Part shown: in pieces, positions 61,201-64,000 of the stretch | Layout of the letters: the number at the start of each line of letters is the position of its first letter | How positions within the stretch are numbered: position 1 is the stretch's first letter | From: Rebecca billardiae RCC1528 | Lineage: Eukaryota > Protista > Haptophyta | Length of the DNA: 64,000 nucleotides | Assembly: GCA_965240325.2 (NCBI GenBank) | Contig: OZ251223.1 | Coordinates: 1,798,001 to 1,862,000, forward strand | Reading direction: 5' to 3' | Program-made: the position numbers and the translations under genes | Notes under the pieces: generated by a model | The model's input: only the letters and a program-made list of their open reading frames with translations | The model's database searches: none | Told to the model about the DNA's origin: nothing

Positions 61201-63928
61201 CGAGGCCGCGAACGGCCACGGACTGCACGTCGATGGTGACGTTGATGCTGCCCACACCCGCTTCGGCGAGCAGCGGCAGCTCCAGCGAGAGCGGCTCGAC
61301 GAGCGCGGACGGCAAGAGCGAGAGCGCCTCCTCGGGCGCGAGGAGGGCGCGCACGAGCGCGCCAGCGTCGAGCGCGCCGCCGTCCGCGAGCAGCGCGTCG
61401 AGCTCGGTGGCGAGCTTGCGCACGAGCGGGACCTCGGCCCATCCGAGTGCGTCCGCGGGCGGCGCTGGCGTGGGGTCGCGCGGCGCGGGCGGCTCTGCCG
61501 CCAGACACGCGCCGCCCATACCCGCCGCGTCGAGGGCCACGCCGAGTGCGCTCGCGTGCAGCGCGCGCAGCGCCTCGTCAGCGACCTCGTGCACCGGCCC
61601 GCGCAGCGCCGCGCGCACGAGCGCGAGGATGGCCGGGCTGGACTCGGCGAGAAGCACGCCCATCACGTCGTTGACAACGTCGCGCATCAGCACCCAGAGC
61701 GCGGACGGCTGCAGCTCGAGCGTCGGCGCGTCGAGCGTGCCCACGTCGGCGCGCAGCGAGACGAGGCCGAGCGCGTCCGCGTCGAGCGACAGCAGCGCGC
61801 ACGCGAGCGTGCGCGCGAGCGCGCTGTCGTCGAGCAGCTGCGCGGTGCTCAGGTTGGCGAGGCGGCCCTCGAGCACGGGGACGCTGATGGCGATTTCGGC
61901 GGTGACGCCCACCACGTCCATCGTCACAAACCCGCCGTCGAGCACCTCCAGCTCGCCGAGGAGGCCGCCCGCCGGCAGCACGGAGACGGTCAAGTTCGAA
62001 GCGAGACGCAGCCGCTCGAGCTGCACCGAGAGGACGAGCGAGGAGGGCTGCAGCGCGGCGGGCACGGGCTCGCCGAGGCCGCTCGCGACGGCGTCCGAGG
62101 CGGGCGCGATGCTCAGCGCGGCGATCGTGTCCAGCCCCGTCACGTTGAGCGTGGTGATGTCCACGGACACGTTGGCCACGTGCAGCAGCGGCAGCGCGAG
62201 GCCGAGCAGCGGCGGCAGCTGCGCGGGGATCACCTCGACGCCGCCATCCGCGCGGCCGCTCAGCTCGCGCGCGGCGTGGTTGAGCGCGGTCAGCGCCGCG
62301 CTCCCGGCGCCGAGGCGCTCGTTCAGCGCCGCCGACGCGCGCGCGACCACGGGCACCGCCTCCCATCGCAGCGCGTCCGCTGGCGACGGCGGTGGCGGAG
62401 GCGGCGGCGGCACCGCAGCTCGCACGTCGCACTCCACGCGCCCGCCCGCCGCCACGCCGTCGAGCAGCTCGCCGAGCAGCGGCCCCACGTTGCTGCTGAG
62501 CAGCGAGATGATGGCGCTCGAGAGCCCGGCGGCGAGCACCCCTTCGCCGGGGGCGAGGACCACGCCGAGCATGTTGTTCATCAGCTCGATGAACGACGCC
62601 ATCAGCTCGTCCGCCCCGCCAGAGATGCGGACCTCGAGCCCGCTGAGCGGCGCCATGCTCGCGTTGAGGAAGCCCAGGCTGCCCGCGTCGACCGAGCGCA
62701 GCGCGCACGCCGCGAGGCGCGAGAGCGCGTCGTTGTCGAGCAGCTGGTCGCCCGCCAGCCGCTCGATCACCTCGGGCAGCACGGGGAGGTTTAGATCGAA
62801 CGCGAGGTTGATCTCGCTCAGCTCGACCTCGAGCGTCAGCGGCACGCACAGCCTGGCGGCCTCGCCCAGCATGCCGGACATGTCCACGTGGGTCGCGAGC
62901 GAGATGCCCATGCGCAAGCCCTCGAGGCCAACCTCGAACGCGAGGCCAGCCCGAGACTCGGGCATCGGCTGCAGCACGCGCAGGTGCGAGAGGGAGTCGA
63001 TCCCGCCGAGCGACATCGACGTCACGTTGATCCTCAGCCCGAGCATGCCGAAGATGTCGGTGCCGTCGCCAGCGTCGAGATTGGCGAAGGTGATGTTGTC
63101 GAGGCCGAGCGCGCCGAGCGTCGACGGGCCGAGCGTGAGCTCCGGCGCCAAGCCCAGCACGGGGATCGCGGTGCGCACGAGCGTGGGCAGGCTGAGCCGG
63201 AGCGGGTCGTTCAGCGCGGCGTTCAACGCAGCGGCCGTGTTGGCGACGGCCGGCACGTCCACCCATGCGTACGCCGTGGGCGAGGCGGGTGGGGCGAGCG
63301 ACGCCGCGTCCGCCCCGAGGGCCTGCCCCAGCGTCGCGCTCAGGTCGCCGAACGCCAAGCCCGCGAAGAGCCCCTCCACGCCGGCGCACAGCTCCGGCCC
63401 GATGCTCCCCGTGATCTGGTCGGCAAAGTAGTTGGCGAAGAGGCTGACGAGGAAGTTGAAGGGCAGCCCCGTCAGCTGGAGGGTGTCGGTGGCCAGGTTC
63501 GCCGCGCATTGCGTCAGCGCCAAGCCCGTGGGCGGTCCACCGCCGGCGTCCTCGACGAGCTCGAGGCCGAGCGCAAACGAGGAGTCAGCAATGACCAGGT
63601 TGAGCGTGCCATCGCCCGCGAGGGAGCCGCCGTTGTCGAAGCTGAAGCCGCCGGCGCACGTGATAGTCAGCCCGGTCAAATCAACCTGAAAGCCCCGCCC
63701 ACCGTTCGTCGACTCGCTCGTCAGCTGGTCGATCCCGAGCGAGCCGCACACAAAGTTGTTCAGCCCAAAGGTGAAATCCCCGTCGCCAGAGACGGGGAGC
63801 TCGTCCAGCGTGAGCTCGAAGCTGGCGAGCGCGTCTGCGAGATCTACATTCGTCGACGGGCACGCACCGCGCACGCCGACGGGGACGCTCACCCAGAGCG
63901 CGACGGCGGCCGCGGCGAGAACGCGCAT
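40205..63928 (-). CDS. Giant 7907-aa membrane protein: signal peptide, BPI/TULIP-like N-domain, ~23 tandem ~300-aa repeats, TM, disordered linker, two-repeat PqiA/LetA-type membrane domain
   Basis: Uninterrupted 23.7-kb ORF. MRVLAAAAVALWVSVPVGVRG signal; TQCAANL...FNFLVSLFANYF...ELCAGVEGL (BPI-N-like Cys-helix-Cys); TM at ~42560-42630; FSLDNTIADMW...FFSGGWPYLKL, YGKWSLIDV (~41335-41360) and VNAWSGVDIFVLALL (~40610-40652). Confidence 0.9.
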   Translation of the reverse strand: MRVLAAAAVALWVSVPVGVRGACPSTNVDLADALASFELTLDELPVSGDGDFTFGLNNFVCGSLGIDQLTSESTNGGRGFQVDLTGLTITCAGGFSFDNGGSLAGDGTLNLVIADSSFALGLELVEDAGGGPPTGLALTQCAANLATDTLQLTGLPFNFLVSLFANYFADQITGSIGPELCAGVEGLFAGLAFGDLSATLGQALGADAASLAPPASPTAYAWVDVPAVANTAAALNAALNDPLRLSLPTLVRTAIPVLGLAPELTLGPSTLGALGLDNITFANLDAGDGTDIFGMLGLRINVTSMSLGGIDSLSHLRVLQPMPESRAGLAFEVGLEGLRMGISLATHVDMSGMLGEAARLCVPLTLEVELSEINLAFDLNLPVLPEVIERLAGDQLLDNDALSRLAACALRSVDAGSLGFLNASMAPLSGLEVRISGGADELMASFIELMNNMLGVVLAPGEGVLAAGLSSAIISLLSSNVGPLLGELLDGVAAGGRVECDVRAAVPPPPPPPPSPADALRWEAVPVVARASAALNERLGAGSAALTALNHAARELSGRADGGVEVIPAQLPPLLGLALPLLHVANVSVDITTLNVTGLDTIAALSIAPASDAVASGLGEPVPAALQPSSLVLSVQLERLRLASNLTVSVLPAGGLLGELEVLDGGFVTMDVVGVTAEIAISVPVLEGRLANLSTAQLLDDSALARTLACALLSLDADALGLVSLRADVGTLDAPTLELQPSALWVLMRDVVNDVMGVLLAESSPAILALVRAALRGPVHEVADEALRALHASALGVALDAAGMGGACLAAEPPAPRDPTPAPPADALGWAEVPLVRKLATELDALLADGGALDAGALVRALLAPEEALSLLPSALVEPLSLELPLLAEAGVGSINVTIDVQSVAVRGLDSVRALQLMPAAMSSSAALGALSADVQRTSLHLEALLDRLDVELGVEVGVRYVGPDDSLALLDGLRARTTAEQPLSLSLHDLGLSATVSVPMLPELLANLTLEQLVPRGEQAAEPGRLLACALRGVDTATLGVAQLNASVGLLSSPTLGVLAPWPELDSALAAVASAAFGASTGAIDALLHAVLDGPVHALLDEQLGSLLEMADTAAVCPAQPSAAASLPPPSPDALAWHEVEAVAVLSEKLDELLSSSPPTLDVNALTRVFVPGGVLGVVPQLAPTVSLVLPLEGVANLTVQLSALNISGLDSVAGLHLSPAQTAAASSDELSGIADELLATSLHAAVELSSVGVSAQLSLSAVLWDGTEVSLFEDAVVSAGVHDVGVSATVSVPVVPSLLSNLTFEQLLVDAPASRVLACALGGLDTSALGVVQLNITAGSFAAPLVGGLSGAVWAAAEAAVNALLGVAAAELAPQLYASLGDLLDGTVHAMLNEQLEGLGAIAEGEGKCPAQPSSAAPLPLPSSEALAWHEVEAVAVLSDKLDELLSSSPPTLDVNALTRVLVPGGVLGVVPQLAPAVSLVLPLEGVANLTVQLRALNISGLDSVAGLHLSPAQMAAASSDELAGIADELLATSLHAAVELSSVGVSAHLSLSAVLWDGTEVSLFEDAVVSAGVHDVGASATVSVPVVPSLLSNLTFEQLLVDDPASRVLACALGGLDTSALGVVQLNASVGSLELGVSTFGSAPTVGLLGRAWAELEPGVTAMLNSALDLATASEAQALLAPALGGPALTMLDEQLAQLVAMFDNSTDCPAQPSSAAQLPSSSPGALAWHEVEAVAVLSEKLDELLSSSPPTLDVNAFTRVLVPGGVLGVAPQLAPTVSLVLPLEGVANLTVQLRALNISGLDSLAGLQLAPAATATADELSNVAAELLATSLHAAVEVAQLNVSAQLSVSLLLWDGTEVSLFEDAVVSAGAHDVGASATVSVPVVPSLLSNLTFEQLLVDDPASRVLACALGGLDTSALRVVQLNASVGSLELGIGATAAVPTDSWLGQAWAEVEAVTTALLNTVLSMVTTADVQALLTPALDGPVHSMLDQQLSQLEAGDCPAQPTLAASLPLAPSPNALAWHEVEAVAVLSDKLDELLSSSPPMLDVNALTRVFVPGGVLGVVPQLAPAVSLVLPLEGVANLTVQLSALNISGLDSVAGLQLAPAQMAAASSDELSGIADELLATSLHAAVEVAQLDVSAQLSVSLSLWDGTEVSLFEDAVVSAGAHDVGVSATVSVPVVPSLLSNLTFEQLLVDDPVSRVLACALGGLDSASLGVVQLNSSLAGLELRVSTSGWASPTGGLGRAWAELEAGMSALLNAGLGLVTASEAQALLSPVLGGPLRALLDEQLVLSAGWLEGAVDCPAQPSSAASLPPPSPGALAWHEVEAVAVLSDKLDELLSSSPPTLDVNALTRVFLPDGVLGVVPRLMPPLTLTLPLGSLGNVTVNVSAMNVSGLDSLRNMLLAPAGTVATSSSELATMADELLATSLHVAVDAAQLHVSAQLSLSAVLWDGTELSLFEDAVVSAGVHDVGASATVSVPVVPSLLSNLTFEQLLVDDPVTRVLACALGAVDAAGLGLAQLNFSAGAIELGIGTFGVPAKSGWPGRAWAEAAAPAIAMLDAGLGVITADGVLALIAPALGGPVRTLLDEQLSRLVGQGQQSGECPAQPSSAAQLPAPSSEALAWHEVEAVAVLSEKLDELLSSSPPTLDVNALTRVFVPGGVLGVVPQLAPAVSLVLPLEGVANLTVQLSALNISGLDSVAGLQLAPAATATADELSNVAAELLATSFHAAVEFAQLDVSAQLSVSLSLWDGTEVSLFEDAVVSAGVPDMGVSATVSVPVVPSLLSNLTFEQLLVDDPASRVLACALGGLDTSALGVVQLNASVGSLELGVSTFGSAPTVGLLGRAWAELEVGVTAMVNSALDLVTASRLQALLAPALGGPVHTMLDEQLSQLVAMFDNSTDCPAQPSSAAQLPAPSLDALAWHEVEAVAVLSEKLDELLSSSPPTLDVNALTRVLVPGGVLGVVPQLAPAVSLVLPLEGVANLTMQLSALNISGLDSLAGLQLSPAQTAAASSAELSGIVDELLATSLHAAVELSSVGVSAQLSVSLLLWDGTEVSLFEDAVVSAGMHDVGASATVSVPVVPSLLSNLTFEQLLVDAPASRVLACALGGLDTSALGVVQLNASVGSLELGIGTLGLLTWAGWPGRAWAELEPGVTAMLNSAPGLLTASKAQALLSPALGGPAITMLDEQLAQVVAMFDDSTDCSVQPSSAAQLPLPSSEALAWHEVEAVAVLSEKLDELLSSSPPTLDVNALTRVFVPGGVLGVVPQLAPAVSLVLPLEGVANLTVQLSALNISGLDSLAGLHLSPAQTAAASSAELSDIAKELLASSLHAAVELSSVGVSAQLSVSLLLWDGTEVSLFEDAVVSAGVHDVGVSATVSVPVVPSLLSNLTFEQLLVDAPVSRVLACALGGLDTSALGVVQLNASVGSLELGMSTFGSAPTVGLLGRAWAELEPGVAAMLNSALDLATASEAQALLAPALGGPVHTMLDEQLAQVVAMFDNSTDCPAQPSSAAQLPAPSPDALAWHEVEAVAVLSEKLDELLSSSPPTLDVNALTRVFVPGGVLGVVPQLAPAVSLVLPLEGVANLTVQLRALNISGLDSLAGLQLSPAQTAAASSDELSHVAEELLATSFHAAVEVAQLDVHAQLSVSLSLWDGTEVSLFEDAVVSAGVHDVGASATVSVPVVPSLLSNLTFEQLLVDDPASRVLACALGGLDTSALGVVQLNASLGLLELGVSTFGSAPTVDLLGRAWAELEPGVAAMVNSALDLATASEAQALLAPALGGPALTMLDEQLAQLVAMFDNSTDCPAQPSSAAQLPAPSSEALAWHEVEAVAVLIDKLDELLSPSPPTLDVSALTRVFVPGGVLGVVPQLAPTVSLVLPLGGVANLTVQLRALNISGLDSVVGLQLAPAATASSDELSSIADELLATSLHAAVEVAQLDVSAQLSVSLSLWDGTEVSLFEDAVVSAGAHDVGASATVSVPVVPSLLSNLTFEQLLVDDPASRVLACALGGLDTSALGVVQLNASVGSLELGVSTFGSAPTVGLLGRAWAELEVGVAAMLNSALDVATASQLQALLAPALGGPALTMLDEQLAQLVAMFDNSTDCPAQPSSAAQLPAPSSEAFAWHEVEAVAVLSEKLDELLSSSPPTLDVNALTRVFVPGGVLGVVPQLAPAVSLVLPLEGVANLTVQLSALNISGLDSLTGLQLAPAATASSDELSGIADELLATSLHAAVEVAQLDVSAQLSVSLSLWDGTEVSLFEDAVVSAGAHDVGASATVSVPVVPSLLSNLTFEQLLVDAPASRVLACALGGLDTSALGVVQLNASVGSLVIGMSTFGSAPTVDLLGRAWAELEPGVAAMLNSALDVATASQLQALLAPALGGPALTMLDEQLAQLVAMFDNSTDCPAQPSSAAQLPAPSSGALAWHEVEAVAVLSEKLGELLSSSPPTLDVNALTRVFVPGGVLGVVPQLAPAVSLVLPLEGVANLTVQLSALNISGLDSLTGLQLAPAATASSDELSGIADELLATSLHAAVEVAQLDVSAQLSVSLSLWDGTEVSLFEDAAVSAGVHDVGASATVSVPVVPSLLSNLTFEQLLVDDPASRVLACALGAVDTSALGVVQLNASVGSLELGIGTPGLLARTGWPGPAWAELEPGVTAMLNSALDLATASEAQALLKPVLGGPALTMLDEQLSQFAAELGMLGDCHAQPAVVVDALPAVPGALAWHEVEAVAVLSETLDELLSSSPPTLDVNALTRVFVPGGVLGVVPQLAPAVSLVLPLEGVANLTVQLRALNISGLDSLAGLQLSPAQTAAASSVGLSDIADELLASSLHAAVELSSVGVSAQLSVSVSLWDGTEVSLFEDAVVSAGMHDVGVSATVSVPVVPSLLSNLTFEQLLVDDPASRVLACALGAVDTSALGVVQLNITLGALEAAIGSTNAVSDTGWLAGLWSEVEAAAVAIANTALEELTTSNVPALLLRELDKLVLPVFNQQLAQHVDRLDQAGTCPSQPTSAASLPAPSPDALAWHEVEAVAVLREKLDELLSSSPPTLDVNALTRVFVPGGVLGVVPQLAPAVSLVLPLEGVANLTVQLRALNISGLDSLTGLQLAPAATATADELSNVAAELLATSLHAAVEVAHLNVSAQLSVSVSLWDGTEVSLFEDAVVSAGVHDVGASATVSVPVVPSLLSNLTFEQLLVDDPASRVLACALGGLDTSALGVVQLNASVGSLVIGMSTFGSAAAVGLLGRAWAELEPGVTAMVNSALDVATASQLQALLAPALGGPALTMLDEQLLQLLGWCEEVGDCPAQPYSTPDLPAPSSEALAWHEVEAVAVLREKLDELLSSSPPTLDVNALTRVFVPGGVLGVVPKLAPATSLPIALCALGNLTVNVSFVNISGLDSVAGLQLAPAATATGDELSNVADELLASSLHAAVEVARLNVSAQLSVSVSLWDGTEVSLFEDAVVSAGVHDVGASATVSVPVVPSLLSNLTFEQLLVDDPASRVLACALGALDTTSLGVVQLNVTLGSLELGIGTLGVAQTSDQLGRAWAEAGAGALALLNAGLGLLTAPEVQALLAPVLDRWAHATLDEQLAQVLEWCGEAGDCPAQPTSAASLPPPSSEALAWHEVETVVSLSEKLDELVSSSPPALDVNAMTRLFAPGGSLGVVPQLAPAISLPIALCALGNLTVNVSFVNISGLDSVRGLQLAPAATATGDELSNVAAELLASSLHAAVEVAQLNVSAQLSVSVSLWDGNEVSLFEDAVVSAGVHDVGASATVSVPVVPSLLSNLTFEQLLVDDPASRVLACALGALDTASLGVVQLNVSIGVLSVGVGAFVTDVLSAALGSAWAEVEEAALALAQFAADELLGDARSLLARVLDGPVHALLDERMSQLVGGCDEAADCPAQPSSSVSALPPSPDALAWHEVDAVVALSEELSSLVAAPNRTLDLGALARLLAPGGVLDVVPGAMAPTTLAVSACAWGNVTVNISALNISGLDSVRRLQLAPAATASSDELSGIADELLATSLHAAVEVAQLDVSAQLSLSVSLWDGTEVSLFEDAVVSAGVHDVGASATVSVPVVPSLLSNLTFEQLLVDDPVSRVLACALGAVDMSALGVVQLNASVGTLTAPALGGIDGPLFAELQRAANALLGAATASLTADVLALLAQAVDGPAHAWLQAQLEQLSAGLTSEPPDCPAQPTSALSAPPAAAEAYAWAELDVVRSLGEVLNELVAPPEAPLDLSALVRAVAPGPLPIVPDALPPLALSVPLGGLLNASIAVRSLNVSGLDSVRALRVQPASAAELASNLSGIDPDVLSTSVQLQLQLGAVRATAQLSVSLSLWDGTEVSLFEDAVVSAGVHDVGASATVSVPVVPSLLSNLTFEQLLVDDPVSRVLACALGALDEPAFGIVRLNATLGALDAPLISGVDGGALWSELSAATHALLGVATAELSVGANELLASALAGPARAQLGGALRDALALARNLSNGSACASAELPSLLQLPDSVPDTLGLSAALALGEIFGGMSELESTLPTWVRTLAGDSARLELTDLSVPLVSESDELGGALGLSVSLASASIVGLDSLRSVALAEVSPPQAQTVRASVEFSEIELEIRLAVRLRAQEGGLLGALLNSSGALELSTLVARTTVERLALNATVFVAVNDLAARELTLGELLANDAEPSCALRTLEGVSVRALQLGGTFRTLRLTAAGAAGAAPSGWVPALMEAADRALVPLALASARASAVLAELGGLLDSVERARAPIGGALEQAARDAGGTQSCAEASARRRARARRLQAGSDGDASAGAGSYIDWGAWWLVDEAVRRLDELGVVGVNALIAPALEYALGARAAVQLPGVLLDEELDFGPDFGGAHVVLADGALLDVDTLSAAQLLRVDDGGGGAAGVPSLSSSFTLGGDADGGRPLRAGVRAAVDYEGMGADILASFVANGTMRALHVDLDEVQLLVEQDELFGVSVGALIDGNGVQCLLGSAARGGLTLSAARLRVEQLALRLSELQGSGSAAATGEPLDLGALADALASADAGLTAALNDGLAYGMQELLLRPLNEWVAGRLAEARAECRRTAVPELAEEAREVRAAEDAGLLGGTLAAIGALGLALVVGSAWYARWWVRWRRAGHKPIEAAPRARAVESGGGGVAGARAGAAGGAGGALSSPGAPPLRPDAVTVHVMGGGAPSWLERSGASALPGARALLSWLRPAAAGGSDVADGGRAAGAGRAGEGADEEEQAAVPQPLHEGASRAAGRAPTPATGLWASIVGSAAPTPSGTPPQSGVGSRAPTPATGLWASIVGSAAPTPSGTPPQSGVGSRAPTPATGLWASIVGSAAPTPSGTPPQSGVGSRAPTPAEGTARSGVGSRAPTPSTAALPAPAASRAPALGSRSATPLEPAWTTSLAAASPRFGALMAALIVLDFALFLWANVSVGAEVVVRVETPFGLVLTPPPLFAFSLDNTIADMWAAGTYPLAAVIAFFSGGWPYLKLGGMLCLWLVPPQWLPALHRERLLAFLHTYGKWSLIDVSVMQMMSVAFYMRVAVPAEWLGGLSAGTLTVRAEPRFGLYGLMAATLFSILLSHTVLAFHRATEERRRSHARRAQASLPAAERLEPPAHVTAAGPYRQWSSLSRALPHESARDRALLALALLGLPLSFALVVLGASATAFSFEFTGLAGTVLGEEARVRRFSLIGAGLELTEAAGYAPLSAGSVWQLFIFFLVHLAMPLALPPLVALLWAVPLPLRAQSAGYVLAQMVNAWSGVDIFVLALLVAVTEIEQFSQFVLKGRCDELNALLARYALDFVDEDPRCFGIVAHLEAGCWLLFAAAAVATTSSVLVLNRAARALDRRREQYDYHVIGGGESSADEPRTASTAPATAREAPARGGAGLPARGQVGPTGRRSNA
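41844..42150 (-). repeat. Three near-perfect 96-bp (32-aa) coding repeats in the linker of the giant protein
   Basis: RAPTPATGLWASIVGSAAPTPSGTPPQSGVGS x3; the marker gctggcccac falls at 41921, 42017 and 42113. Confidence 0.95.
44700..60560 (-). repeat. Coding macrosatellite: 18 units of roughly 880-905 bp (many exactly 897)
   Basis: The invariant block aacgtgaggttggacagcagcgacggcaccaccggcacgctcaccgt (SVPVVPSLLSNLTF) recurs 18 times by my count; WHEV recurs 17 times. Confidence 0.95.
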
Positions 63929-64000
63929 GGCCTTGGGCCACGAGACGACCAGTGGCCGCCCCTCGTGTTCGCGCCCTCCGCTCTGGTGCGATAAACACCG

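Noticed and set aside
44892-63431. Very long plus-strand ORFs (up to 1188 aa) antisense to the giant gene
   Set aside because: Ser/Thr/Ala-rich mirror translations expected from GC3-biased codons and the repeat; no independent motifs.
1-64000. Bacterial origin suggested by Clp, histidine kinase, DUF179 and PqiA genes
   Set aside because: Spliceosomal introns restore conserved motifs; RING E3, GT47 and ER-type signal peptides are present; there is no operon structure.

Overview
This is very GC-rich eukaryotic nuclear DNA with short GC-rich GT-AG introns and several proteins carrying signal-plus-transit presequences. That fits an alga with a secondary red plastid, most likely a haptophyte of the Pavlovales type (inference only). 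About 16 protein genes can be supported: a partial EF-hand protein, a GT47/exostosin glycosyltransferase, a small Cys-rich protein, a plastid Clp ATPase, RMD1/DUF155, a phosphatase-TPR-kinase-RNA ligase fusion, a small thylakoid-type protein, a tandem cNMP-binding protein, an 8-TM microbial rhodopsin fused to a histidine kinase/receiver/Hpt chain, a convergent pseudo-kinase/receiver gene, a Cys-containing type I membrane protein, a transmembrane RING E3 ligase, a DUF179 protein, an FN3/EF-hand-like protein, a TIM-barrel-like protein, and an intronless 7907-aa giant. The giant has a signal peptide, a BPI/TULIP-like N-domain, about 23 tandem ~300-aa repeats and a C-terminal two-repeat PqiA/LetA-type membrane domain. 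Intergenic DNA holds three non-autonomous DNA transposons with readable TIRs and TSDs: a foldback/MULE-like element (9-bp TSD) nested inside an 8-bp-TSD element, and a TA-TSD Tc1/mariner-type MITE just upstream of the rhodopsin kinase. The best candidates for novelty are the giant TULIP-repeat/PqiA protein (a possible one-chain lipid conduit) and the rhodopsin phosphorelay with its pseudo-kinase neighbour. All domain calls are from motif recognition by eye; no searches were run.
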